Part shown: positions 16,578-26,920 of the stretch, one piece after another
Position numbering within the stretch: the first letter of the stretch is position 1
Layout of the letters: every line of letters begins with the position of its first letter
Assembly: GCA_900128395.1 (NCBI GenBank)
Contig: LT649341.1
Span: 1 to 35,981, forward strand
DNA: 35,981 nucleotides
Direction: 5' to 3'
From: Stramenopiles sp. TOSAG23-2
Lineage: Eukaryota
Made by a program: the position numbers and the translations under genes
Notes under the pieces: generated by a model
The model's input: only the letters and a program-made list of their open reading frames with translations
What the model was told of the DNA's origin: nothing
Databases searched by the model: none

Positions 16578-17094
16578 AATATATATAATGATGGTAAAAA
16601 ATATATTATGATATATTTACTTATAAATAAGAGAATTTTATATATTATATGATATCATATATGCACATATGTGTTTTTCTCTTACTCATATATAATATAA
16701 TTTTCTTTTAGGTAGTCTAAAAAGAGCTAATATACTATATACTATTTTACTTGAAAAAAAAAAAATAATTATTAGTATTAGTCTAGTCTTAGTGAAAAAC
16801 CTTTTCTTTTAAAAAATTGTCCTGAAAATTGTGTAGAGTCTTTAATAAGAAGAGAGAGGAGGAGGATGCACATCATATTTTTTGCATTTTTTTTCTGCAC
16901 TTCTTCTGACGACAGATTAAAAAAAATATTATTAGGTTGTTGCTTGATTGATTGATTGAGAGAGAGAGAGAGAGAAGATTGTATGTATATATATAACAGA
17001 TTATATTGATATATTGATATATATATATATATATATAATACTAGAATATTTGATAAATAACAATATATAATAATATAAAAAAATTATAGAAAAC

Positions 17095-19935
17095 ATGTCG
17101 TTACGTGCTACATATGATATATTAGTACAATTTACTGAATTTAGAAATATTGACTTGTACCACCAAGGTGTTTATTATTTACGTGCACAGATATATATAC
17201 CTGGTGAAGGTTCAAAACCAAATCCAACTCGTGGTAGTTTAGATAAAAATAAAAACAAGAAGAAAAAGAAGAAACGAAATAGTTCGAAATCATCAAATGA
17301 TGCGAATAATAATGGTGCAGCAAATAATAATACTGGGGAAGTTGACGATTATGAAAAAAAAGCAGTTCACGAGGTACGGCCAAAACAAATTGCAATACCA
17401 CATCAATTTTTTTCTTTACCATCCAAGATGACATCTTCGGCACGTGGTCAACATGTGACTGGATCTGATAAATTGAAACGGCCTGCAGCAATTGATGATG
17501 TTTATAGTTTTTACCAAACAAGAGGATTTTTAGTACAATATGTCGAAGAAATCATGGAAATAAATGACGGGTGTGTTTTTCGTTTACAACTACCATATCC
17601 ATACAAAGCTGATAGTCATAATAAAAATATCAATCCATTTTTAGGTATTGATTTGATGTGGGCCGATGTGGAAGAAGATGATAATGGTAATATTATAGGG
17701 TTGAAAAAAAAACGATTTAAACCAGTGGCACGTTCAGAGTTTGAATTGAAAGGTCTATTTGAATTTAATAATCAAAAGCCATTGCATCATTATACCCCAT
17801 TATTATTTGATGATACACATTTTTGTCAAACTGGAATTATTGTTCATAGTACATTGCATAATATTAAGTTTCGTCCACATTCAGATCAAGAAGTCATGGT
17901 TAGAAAACAACATCGTTTATTATCTGTTAGCCAAAAAAGAGATGAAGGCGATGACGTCGATAATAATGATCTGGATAATAGTATTAGTAATGATGACAAT
18001 ATATCACAAAATAGTTCAGATGTACAACAGATTGCCAATGTTGCTGCTAATAACAATAATAATAACAAGAATATTCCCGGCAATGTAAATAAAAGCAATA
18101 AAGGATCACCAAACAATAGTATATCAACTAATCGTAGATCTAGTAGTAGTGGTGGTGGTGGTGGTGGTAATCTTCGTGTATCTAGAACGCCATCGATGGG
18201 ATTTCTCAATGAAACGTTTACTTCATTTCTTTTTCCATGCCCACCGTCTATTGATATTATTACTGATGGTAGCGTTTATTATACTTCCCCATTACAAGAA
18301 CATTTAATACGGGCAAATGATTTATATGAACGATATGTTGGTCCATTATTAATCGCATATAAAGAATTGTTAAAATTTATAAAACTAGTCATAGAAAACT
18401 TTTTTCCACAAGAATTGCATCAAAAATACCCACATCTCGTATCAATTACTGAAAATACTGTTTTATTAAACGATACAAATTTAAAACAAATTGATGACAA
18501 TAGCAAGAAGCGAGAGGAAGGGGAAGGAGGAGGGGATCAAGATGACGACAATAACGATGCGGTCAAAGAGAAATTATTTTCATCGAAAATTGCAATGCCA
18601 TCACCAAATGCCATTACAACAGCAATATTACAAAGCATGAATATTGTTGCAGGTGAAATTGCAATTCTATGGCATCAATTTATTGAAATAGTACCGAAAG
18701 CATATCGAAAAATTGAAGTGTATTTACGTAGTAATTGGGAGAAAAATGCAACATTGTATTGTAAAAAAGCAATTGTAACGCAAGCGTTGCGGAAGAAACA
18801 TTTGATTGATCCACCTGATTTAGATGCGACAGAGACGCATAATCATGCAGCAATGCAATTGCGAGAAGACAAAAAATATGTGAAAAATGCTGAAGATGAC
18901 AACTTGTTACGTATATTTGATTATGGTATGTTCAGTAAACGTGATAATGGTTGCATATTATTCAAAAGTACATATGATGCTTTGAAAAAATCAGAATATG
19001 AAAAATATATGGAAGAGCAACAACAACAAGCTGCTTCAAATAATAATAAGGGCGATGCAGCTGATATAAATGATATTAGTTTGAATATGGGGGGAGGAAA
19101 TAATAACAACGCAAATAATACAAAGTTACATGTAATCGTTTTACAACATGGTTTTCAAGGTAGTCAATATGATATGAGATTGTTCCGGGATTATTTAACC
19201 TTTTTATATCCACATTTTAAATATTTAATTGCCACATCAAATCAAAATGATACTGATTTAAGTTTTGAAGTGATGGGTGGACGATTGGCAAAGGAAATAC
19301 ATCGATATATCAGTGAACAATGTGGACCACAAGGTAAAAATTTATATCGATTGAGTTTTGTAGGGCATTCCATTGGCTCTGTCATTATACGCACGGCATT
19401 GTCAAATAAAATTATGGGACCATATTTGACAAAATGTCATAGTTTCGTTACATTATCTTCTCCTCATCTTGGTCATATGTTTTCACCAAATTACATTAAT
19501 ACTGGTTTATGGTTAATGAAACGATGGAAGAAAAGTTTAGCATTGGAACAGATTAGTTTAACTGATTCACGTGATTACAAATCAAGCTTTTTTTATCAAT
19601 TATCAACCATAGGTGGTTTACAACACTTTAAAAAGAAAGTTTTATTAGTTGGTAGCCATTCAGATACGTATTCTCCATATCACAGTGCTAGGATTGAAAT
19701 GTGTCGTGCAGCATTAGATGATTTAACTGGAGCAGGTGGAGATTATCGCCGTATGTTGGAAAATATATGGAAATCGGTTGATCCATCAAAGGTTGAAAAA
19801 GTAGATGTTTCCTTTAAATTTGAAAAAAGTAATTTAGACACAGTTTTAGGACGTGCTGCTCATATCAAATTTTTAGATTCTGTTGAATTGACTGCTATTT
19901 TATGTTTAGCATGGAGAGAAATTTGGGATGACTGA
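17095..19935 (+). CDS. FAM135: FAM135-like protein (N-terminal FAM135 region + DUF676 alpha/beta-hydrolase/putative lipase)
   Basis: N-terminal FRNIDLYHQGVY; VLQHGFQGSQYDM; SFVGHSIG nucleophile elbow; LSSPHLG; SPYHSARIE; GRAAHIKFLD. Confidence 0.9.
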   Translation: MSLRATYDILVQFTEFRNIDLYHQGVYYLRAQIYIPGEGSKPNPTRGSLDKNKNKKKKKKRNSSKSSNDANNNGAANNNTGEVDDYEKKAVHEVRPKQIAIPHQFFSLPSKMTSSARGQHVTGSDKLKRPAAIDDVYSFYQTRGFLVQYVEEIMEINDGCVFRLQLPYPYKADSHNKNINPFLGIDLMWADVEEDDNGNIIGLKKKRFKPVARSEFELKGLFEFNNQKPLHHYTPLLFDDTHFCQTGIIVHSTLHNIKFRPHSDQEVMVRKQHRLLSVSQKRDEGDDVDNNDLDNSISNDDNISQNSSDVQQIANVAANNNNNNKNIPGNVNKSNKGSPNNSISTNRRSSSSGGGGGGNLRVSRTPSMGFLNETFTSFLFPCPPSIDIITDGSVYYTSPLQEHLIRANDLYERYVGPLLIAYKELLKFIKLVIENFFPQELHQKYPHLVSITENTVLLNDTNLKQIDDNSKKREEGEGGGDQDDDNNDAVKEKLFSSKIAMPSPNAITTAILQSMNIVAGEIAILWHQFIEIVPKAYRKIEVYLRSNWEKNATLYCKKAIVTQALRKKHLIDPPDLDATETHNHAAMQLREDKKYVKNAEDDNLLRIFDYGMFSKRDNGCILFKSTYDALKKSEYEKYMEEQQQQAASNNNKGDAADINDISLNMGGGNNNNANNTKLHVIVLQHGFQGSQYDMRLFRDYLTFLYPHFKYLIATSNQNDTDLSFEVMGGRLAKEIHRYISEQCGPQGKNLYRLSFVGHSIGSVIIRTALSNKIMGPYLTKCHSFVTLSSPHLGHMFSPNYINTGLWLMKRWKKSLALEQISLTDSRDYKSSFFYQLSTIGGLQHFKKKVLLVGSHSDTYSPYHSARIEMCRAALDDLTGAGGDYRRMLENIWKSVDPSKVEKVDVSFKFEKSNLDTVLGRAAHIKFLDSVELTAILCLAWREIWDD

Positions 19936-20500
19936 TACCTCCACCATTGAATTACCTGCATCAATGTTTGTGGAGCGAAGCGTATTTATCATAAAAAAAT
20001 TATTTTACGAAGTTTTCCTATTAATATATTTATATATGTAAAATTTTTTGTACTTCGTCGTGTATATTTTTTATTTTTTAATACAACGTTTTTGTCTCTT
20101 TTTACACAAAAAATTACCGGAGCTAGTCAGTGTAATATATTATTTAATAAAAAATATATATAAAGACTCTTTTGAATACTAAAAATAATTTACTATATGT
20201 AAAAATAATTTACTGTGTGTCTATATATTAATAAATGAGTATTTAAATCATTTTTGATTTTTTGAGATACGTTAACTTCCGGGAGTAAAAGAAATTTATA
20301 CTTTTCGTATACATAGAATAATATATGAGTATGATAAGAGAAATAATATATATCGTAATATTTAATTTTTATTTTTTTTTAAATATAAACAATATAGTAA
20401 AAATGTTTTTCCTTCAGTCATAAAAGAACAAAATTCTAAATTTTTTAATCCTTCCACACCACAAAAATAAAATCTCTTCCACATTACTTCTGTTCCTCTC

Positions 20501-20998
20501 TTACAAATCAACCGATTGAAACGTTTTTAAATACATCCCATCATCATCTTTTTCGTGATCCTCAAGCTCACGTTCAATTAGTTCAATCATTTGATCATTT
20601 GGGGTAATATTTTCATCCATTAAAGAATAATAATCAGAACCATGATATTGTAAACGTACATGTGGAATGCCGACTAAAGCGCCTGTTCTTGCTGCAGTAT
20701 CTTCACCTTCTTCTGTATCTACATCAACTTGAGCAAATTTGACACCAGTAAATTCATTTTGCAATGATTTCCATTGTGTTTGAAATGCTTCACAATTTTT
20801 ACAATCTTTATTTGTTCCAGAATAATATTGGATTAATGTTACATGTTTATCATTTAATATTTTTTCATAACTTGTCCAATCTGTTACTTCTGTTACTTGA
20901 GTAGTGGTTACTTCTTCTGTTGAGGATGATGAGGAAACGATAATCGAAGACATCATCATAAATGTAAATATTACCAGTACTACTAATATTGTTTTCAT
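20501..20998 (-). CDS. Secretory-pathway thioredoxin-fold protein (CxxC)
   Basis: ATG at 20998 gives signal peptide MKTILVVLVIFTFMMMSSIIVS; LIQYYS...CKNC...W...VKFAQVDVD...GIP thioredoxin pattern; ends SVDL. Confidence 0.8.
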   Translation of the reverse strand: MKTILVVLVIFTFMMMSSIIVSSSSSTEEVTTTQVTEVTDWTSYEKILNDKHVTLIQYYSGTNKDCKNCEAFQTQWKSLQNEFTGVKFAQVDVDTEEGEDTAARTGALVGIPHVRLQYHGSDYYSLMDENITPNDQMIELIERELEDHEKDDDGMYLKTFQSVDL

Positions 20999-21453
20999 CC
21001 TTATTATTGTATTATTATAAATACTACTTTTCAATTTAATGTTTAGTCTACTGTTTATTAAATCTGTCGTAAAATGCTATGCTCAATGCTCGATCCAAAA
21101 GAAACGGAGTTAATCCTACTATATTAGTAAAGTTCTAATGTTCGTCTGCTTTTCTTTAAATATTGAGAGAGAGAGAGAGAAAGAGAGAGAAAGAGATATG
21201 TATATATTATATTATATAAAATATTTCTAAATGTTGCATTTTATCTGCACAACATTTGCATGAGATGTGAGATGTGTCGGTCTCACGTCATCACACGTGA
21301 TTTTTTAAGTAATTTTGGATAACAATGTTTTTTAAGGAATTTTACCTGGAAAATAAATCAAATGGACAAAAAAACATATAAATTATTTTTTATTAGAAAA
21401 AATATTATCAGAGAGGATATTATATCAAAAAATTTAATAAACACACCTACATT

Positions 21454-22707
21454 TTATAAAACATCTTTCAACAACGGTGCTACAACTTTTCTACTCCCTG
21501 TAATCAAACCTTGACTATAACAACGTGTTACAATACCATCATCATCACCATTTACATTATTAGTATCATTTTTATTATAATTATCCATCGATCGTTTCAA
21601 ATTATCTTCCAATTGCAATGTAACTTTTAAATCCGATGTTTCTAAACATTTAATAATTTTATCAAAAATCATTTGATTTTCTTTCCTTGATATTATAAAT
21701 AATTCACGCGATGGTGCACCATTTATTAATGTCATTGTCATAATCACTAAAACATTTAAATTTTTCATAGACATATAAGATATACAATCCTTTATAAAAT
21801 TTTTATCATCAATAAATGTTTCAAATGGAATTAATACAGCAGATATTCCAAGTATATTATTTTCCGAGGAAGAATATTGTTTATAATCAAGACGTAATTT
21901 ATCTAATGTTGATAATGCTAACCAAAATGTTGGATTGAATTTCACTGAATGTAAATCTTCAAACATTTTTTTACATGTCGTATCATCCCATTGTTTAAAT
22001 AATGATTGAAATTTATTTACAATGTCAATATCTTTTTGTGTTGCCTTTTTCGCTTCTGGGGATAAATTCATTGTATCAAGTAATATAGTTGATAACAATA
22101 ATAATGCAACATTTTGCATATTATCATCTAATAATAAATTATTATTGTTGTTGTTGTTGTTGAAGAATATGTTATTATTGCTTGCATGTAAATAATTTTC
22201 TGCAATTAACGTAGAACAACTACCAACTTTTTCAATATTTCGTCTTGATGAATTTACATTATCAATATATTGACTTTCATCTTTATGATGATCAATAATT
22301 TCATATATTTTTGTATTTAAAAAATTCATAGAATCAGATAATACATTATGATCTACTAATGTTACCTTATCAATATTTGTATGAATATTTTCCCATGGAA
22401 TTTGATCCGTGAAAATTAAATCGGAGGATTCTATTCCACAACTTTTCAATAAAACAGATTCTGCTCCGCGTAATTTCAAATCTTCTTCTGGCATCGATAA
22501 TATTGGAAAAATATCATTATCCGCTTTCTTTGTACTAAATAAATAATATGCATGTAAAATGGATGATACAATAGAATCACAGTCCCCAGATTGGTTTCCA
22601 ATAACAATATCAATTTTTTTCGTTGTTGTTAATGCTGTAGGTAATATTTTTTTCGAATGCAATAAATATTGTTTCAAGGATAATATGCAATTATTCATCG
22701 TTGCCAT
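21454..22707 (-). CDS. PRUNE: Exopolyphosphatase Prune/PPX1 (DHH family, DHHA2 domain)
   Basis: GNQSGDCDS, LVDHN, IIDHH, VGSCSTL, LLDT.NL, DYKQY, SRKVVAP. Confidence 0.92.
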   Translation of the reverse strand: MATMNNCILSLKQYLLHSKKILPTALTTTKKIDIVIGNQSGDCDSIVSSILHAYYLFSTKKADNDIFPILSMPEEDLKLRGAESVLLKSCGIESSDLIFTDQIPWENIHTNIDKVTLVDHNVLSDSMNFLNTKIYEIIDHHKDESQYIDNVNSSRRNIEKVGSCSTLIAENYLHASNNNIFFNNNNNNNNLLLDDNMQNVALLLLSTILLDTMNLSPEAKKATQKDIDIVNKFQSLFKQWDDTTCKKMFEDLHSVKFNPTFWLALSTLDKLRLDYKQYSSSENNILGISAVLIPFETFIDDKNFIKDCISYMSMKNLNVLVIMTMTLINGAPSRELFIISRKENQMIFDKIIKCLETSDLKVTLQLEDNLKRSMDNYNKNDTNNVNGDDDGIVTRCYSQGLITGSRKVVAPLLKDVL

Positions 22708-23101
22708 GATTGATGTTGAATCTACAATATTTGTTGTTTACTTTGTTGAAAGAAAATTTGCTTTCATTTATAAAATTCATGTTTTTATTTTTTTGTTTTT
22801 ATATATAAATATTGCTCGCTTTTCTAATTTACTCTACTATATAAGGAGCTCTTAGTCCTTAAAACATTTATTGTAAACAAAACTATATTCATTTATATAA
22901 AAAGTTTTTTAAATTTTTTTATTATATCACTACACACACACATAATACAACATGCACCTTAGAAATGGAGAAAAAAATATTCTAAAAGTGCGAATCAATT
23001 GCATAAATTTCATCCACAACGTTCTTTCTTACACGCATAGGAGACGACACATGTAAGTCGCAGTTTTCATATACATTCCATTTTTTAATAAAATCTTTTA
23101 T

Positions 23102-23686
23102 TTATGGACTTTTTTTTCGTTTTGTTGTTGTCAGATTTGAAGATGATTTGCGTCGTTGTTGTTGAGATGGGGCAGGTGATTTGAATACAGATAGAAATTT
23201 AACAAATGGTGATGCATTGGAATTTCTCAAATATTTATAATTTGCATCACGACTTTTATTAATATTCTCTTCCGTATACAATGAACAAGAACTTTTAGTT
23301 GGTTGCTCTACAACTTTTTTTTTCTTTTTCTGAATCATGTTCTTTTTCTTCGTCTGTGCTATCCTTTTTTTCTCTTCTTCATCCAACATTTTATCATATC
23401 CACTATTTAATGATAATGAACGACTTCTAGTCGTATTGGAAGAAGTTGATGCTTTCTTAACGCAGTCATCATTTCGTTTTGGTGGTGGACTTCTGCTATC
23501 AATCCTTTCCACTTTTTTGGATATTGAATTTTCAGTTTTGGTATTTATATTATCTACATCATTATTATTACTATTACTATTTATATTTTCAAAAGAAAAA
23601 GCTTCAAGTGAAGAGTTTGTCATGCTATCCTCTTCATCATCTTGAAATTTTTGATACGACGAACTTTTTCGTATAAAACTGGACAT
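23102..23686 (-). CDS. Hypothetical Ser/Lys-rich low-complexity protein
   Basis: 194-aa ATG-initiated ORF with the same Asn/Ser/Lys bias as neighbouring genes; no recognisable domain. Confidence 0.55.
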   Translation of the reverse strand: MSSFIRKSSSYQKFQDDEEDSMTNSSLEAFSFENINSNSNNNDVDNINTKTENSISKKVERIDSRSPPPKRNDDCVKKASTSSNTTRSRSLSLNSGYDKMLDEEEKKRIAQTKKKNMIQKKKKKVVEQPTKSSCSLYTEENINKSRDANYKYLRNSNASPFVKFLSVFKSPAPSQQQRRKSSSNLTTTKRKKSP

Positions 23687-24548
23687 GATGATATTGATAT
23701 TATTTTACTTTGCAATTGTAGTGATATTTAATGTATAGATATATCGTTACAGTAGGAAGAAGTGGATGATGTTTGCCTCTTTCGTCTAGATATCCAACTC
23801 CATCTTACTTTAATTTAATTTCAAAATAAAAAATACTGGCTTTGATGCACCTGTATCTTTTTTTATTATCGACACACACATGTTGTTTTTTTTTTGGATT
23901 TATAGAATACACAAGAAATTACCAAAAGTTGCCAAAGTGCAAGCCCGGAGCACCAGAGCACACAGGAGGTGCAAAACAGGAGCTTCACAAAACAGGAGCA
24001 CAGCATTAATATCTACATCAGCGCCAATAACAAAACGAAAAAAAAATTTAAAGGAAAATAAACTCTAGACAGATTCGAAGAAGTGTGAAAGCGGCAAAAA
24101 GGGAAACAGAGTTTTCCGCGCGGCAATGCTATAAGCTGCTTAGCTGTATTCGTGCCGATGATTTATTAGAGATTGCTGATGGGATTTAATGAATTCCTGG
24201 AATTCCAGAATTCGTTTCAGAATTGGAAGATGGAATGAAGAAGGATCACTGGATCACAAAAAGAAATAATAATAAATCACAAAATTGAATGGCAACAATA
24301 ACAATGATAATGAGTGTGTCATAATACAGATTTGATATTAAAATATATAGCTTCAGTAGAAGAAAGAAGAGAGGTGGAAAACATTACATTATCACATTTA
24401 TAACACACTTGTGATTGATTATTACTAGCTAATATCAATACTAATAAATATTTATTAATAAACATATATAATTAAATATACAATAGAAGAAAAAAAAAAC
24501 AAGAACTTTGTGAAAGAATACAGCATACAATATTATAAATAATTTAAT

Positions 24549-26408
24549 ATGGCCAATATAGGTGGCTTTTTCTCACGTGTTGAGTCGTTTACGGTTATAG
24601 CATGTCTATTTGTGACAATACAAGGGATGTATGCTTCCGGTTTCATACCAGCCACATTGTCCACCTTTGAGAGTGAATTTGGGCTGACGGCATTGCAAAC
24701 GAGTTCAATTGTGACGAGTTATACTGCTGCAAAATTGATACTTGGTATACCATTGACATATTATGGAGGTAAAAGTCATGTTCCAAGGTTTCTTGGTATT
24801 ACCTGCTTCATATGTGGTTTATCAGCTATATTATCTGCTGTTCCATATTTAATCAAAACTACTGATGGCGTATTGGAAACACAGAATCTTTGTTTCAAAA
24901 CGGGACATCCAGACCTAGGATCATGTACTACATATGACATTACAACAAGTGGTTTAGAATGGTATGTTATTATTGGACAAGTTTTAAATGGTGCAAGTTC
25001 AGCAACGTTATATACGTTGATACCATCCTTTATTAATCAAAATGCGGAGCCTACCAAAGCTACTCGTTACGTTGGGTATTTCTATGCATGTGGGCCTCTG
25101 GGTGTTGCAATTGGTTTTATTTGGGGTGGAAATGCAGTGGATGCTAAGGCATGGGGAGTCCCGTTTTTTGTAGCAGGTGTACTAATGTTTGTACTTACGC
25201 CATTTTTTTTCTTATTGCCAAAAGTATTTGAAGTTGATGCGTTGATGAATGTTACTAATATGGAAGAGGTAATAGGACCAACAGATGCGGAATCGGTACC
25301 GATTAGAAAACGGAGTGCGACAAAATATGCCGTCCCTACTGATCATAATAAGAATAGTGAAATGAATTTGCAAGATTTAATTGATGGGTTAAAAAATGTT
25401 ATGACCAACCCAGTATGGTGGTGCCTTGTCCTAGCTTCTTCAGTAGAAGCTTTTTTTGTGACTGGAATCTCAAATTATGGACCAAAATACATCGAAAGTC
25501 AATATTCAATGAGCGCTGGCGCTGCTAGTATGCTTGCTGGTGCGATTCTAGTACCAGGCGCTGTTGTTGGGCAACTTGGGGGAGCTTTAACTGATTCAAA
25601 GACCAGTAAAAACATGAAACAGTCGACAAGGTTGACGTGGAGAATCGCATTAGTTGCATTTTTCGCTGTCTTAATGATTTTTTTCATTCAATGTGATACA
25701 AATGCAGTAGAAACCGTAAATGCCGAGTGTGGTGGTACCTGTCATTGTGCACAGACATATAAACCAGTTTGTGTTGGAGACGAAAAGTTATATTTCAATG
25801 GATGTTACCTTGGTTGCACTGGCTTAGATACCTCCACTGGTGTATTTGCCAATTGTACTGGATGCGCTAGTAATAATGTTGTATTGGCACCAAATGCCGA
25901 AGTCAAACAAGGTCATTGTGAATCTATGAAATGCAAAACTATGCCTATGTTTTTAATTGTCATGTTCATTGTTGTTGCATTTACCTTTGGAAATAACCCT
26001 CCAGCAAATATGTTAATAATGCGTATTGTGCCACCGCAATATTCTGCAATCGGTATGTCAGCAAATGATATTATTTATCGATTATTAGGTACGTTTCCTG
26101 GTGTCACCGCGTTTTCAGCTGTATTTGATGCTTCCTGTGCCAAATATAATTATGATATTTGTGGCAAAAAATTAAGTTGTTCGTATTATGACAATACGCA
26201 ACTAAGGATATCTTTTGGTATATTAGGTGCTATTCCTAAATTTTTGTCTTTCCTCGTATTTCTTTACGCGTCACATGCAATAATGAAATATATGTTCTCA
26301 GCTGCACTTGCACCATATGAGGAAGATGGAGATGAAAGTGAGCTTGGTGTAAGTTTAAGCTCAATGAGTAGTAAAAGTGATGATAAATTGGAAATCAATG
26401 ATATTTAA
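24549..26408 (+). CDS. SLCO: Organic anion transporting polypeptide (OATP/SLCO family, MFS) with Kazal-like extracellular loop
   Basis: ~12 hydrophobic segments; TYYGGKSHVPRFLG, GPLGVAIGFIWGG, PKYIESQY, CGGTCHC..TYKPVC......YFNGCYLGC, RLLGTFPG...FD.SC......CG....C.YYDN. Confidence 0.88.
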   Translation: MANIGGFFSRVESFTVIACLFVTIQGMYASGFIPATLSTFESEFGLTALQTSSIVTSYTAAKLILGIPLTYYGGKSHVPRFLGITCFICGLSAILSAVPYLIKTTDGVLETQNLCFKTGHPDLGSCTTYDITTSGLEWYVIIGQVLNGASSATLYTLIPSFINQNAEPTKATRYVGYFYACGPLGVAIGFIWGGNAVDAKAWGVPFFVAGVLMFVLTPFFFLLPKVFEVDALMNVTNMEEVIGPTDAESVPIRKRSATKYAVPTDHNKNSEMNLQDLIDGLKNVMTNPVWWCLVLASSVEAFFVTGISNYGPKYIESQYSMSAGAASMLAGAILVPGAVVGQLGGALTDSKTSKNMKQSTRLTWRIALVAFFAVLMIFFIQCDTNAVETVNAECGGTCHCAQTYKPVCVGDEKLYFNGCYLGCTGLDTSTGVFANCTGCASNNVVLAPNAEVKQGHCESMKCKTMPMFLIVMFIVVAFTFGNNPPANMLIMRIVPPQYSAIGMSANDIIYRLLGTFPGVTAFSAVFDASCAKYNYDICGKKLSCSYYDNTQLRISFGILGAIPKFLSFLVFLYASHAIMKYMFSAALAPYEEDGDESELGVSLSSMSSKSDDKLEINDI

Positions 26409-26524
26409 AAATGCCTCTATGATATATTTAGAAGAAGAAATACGATACATACATGTACGAAGTATGAAGTATATATTGAGATATATGTTCATACAGTAGA
26501 TCATTACCATACGAGGATACGACA

Positions 26525-26546
26525 TGTGTGTGTGTGTGTGTGTGTG
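26525..26546. repeat. (TG)11 microsatellite
   Basis: Direct reading. Confidence 0.95.
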
Positions 26547-26920
26547 GATGATCCTCTGCGTGTTCTTCGTATGTACTTCGTATTCGTATATATTATTTTA
26601 CGTGCGTGTGTGTAATATGTACTTCGTACGAGCTATGTGTGTGTGTCTTTGTTTTTATATTTAAAATGAAATTTAAAAATTAAAATTTTATTTTTTTAAA
26701 TATAAAAATAATAAAAAAATGAAAATTAAAATATGTGTGCGTTGAAAAAAACTGAAACTGTTTACGATCGTACTCGTATTATAAATTTATTTTTATAAAC
26801 CATAAAAATACATCACTAATATTTTACTATACTCTCGTATGTATAATCTGGAGACATGATGCTAATTATATGAACCAACAGCGACGGTAACGATCATATG
26901 TGAACATGTGAGAATGATTT

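Noticed and set aside
23880..24068. 62-aa ORF with caaaacaggagc duplication
   Set aside because: Short, in the divergent promoter region, no protein features; the duplication is only 12 bp.
24191..24224. Heat-shock-element-like GAATTC cluster (gaattcctggaattccagaattc) upstream of SLCO
   Set aside because: Spacing does not give three contiguous alternating nGAAn units; may be a chance quasi-palindrome.
3518..26408. Sterol-conjugation gene cluster (GT-kinase fusion + FAM135 lipase + OATP)
   Set aside because: Genes are widely separated by unrelated housekeeping genes; no evidence of co-regulation.
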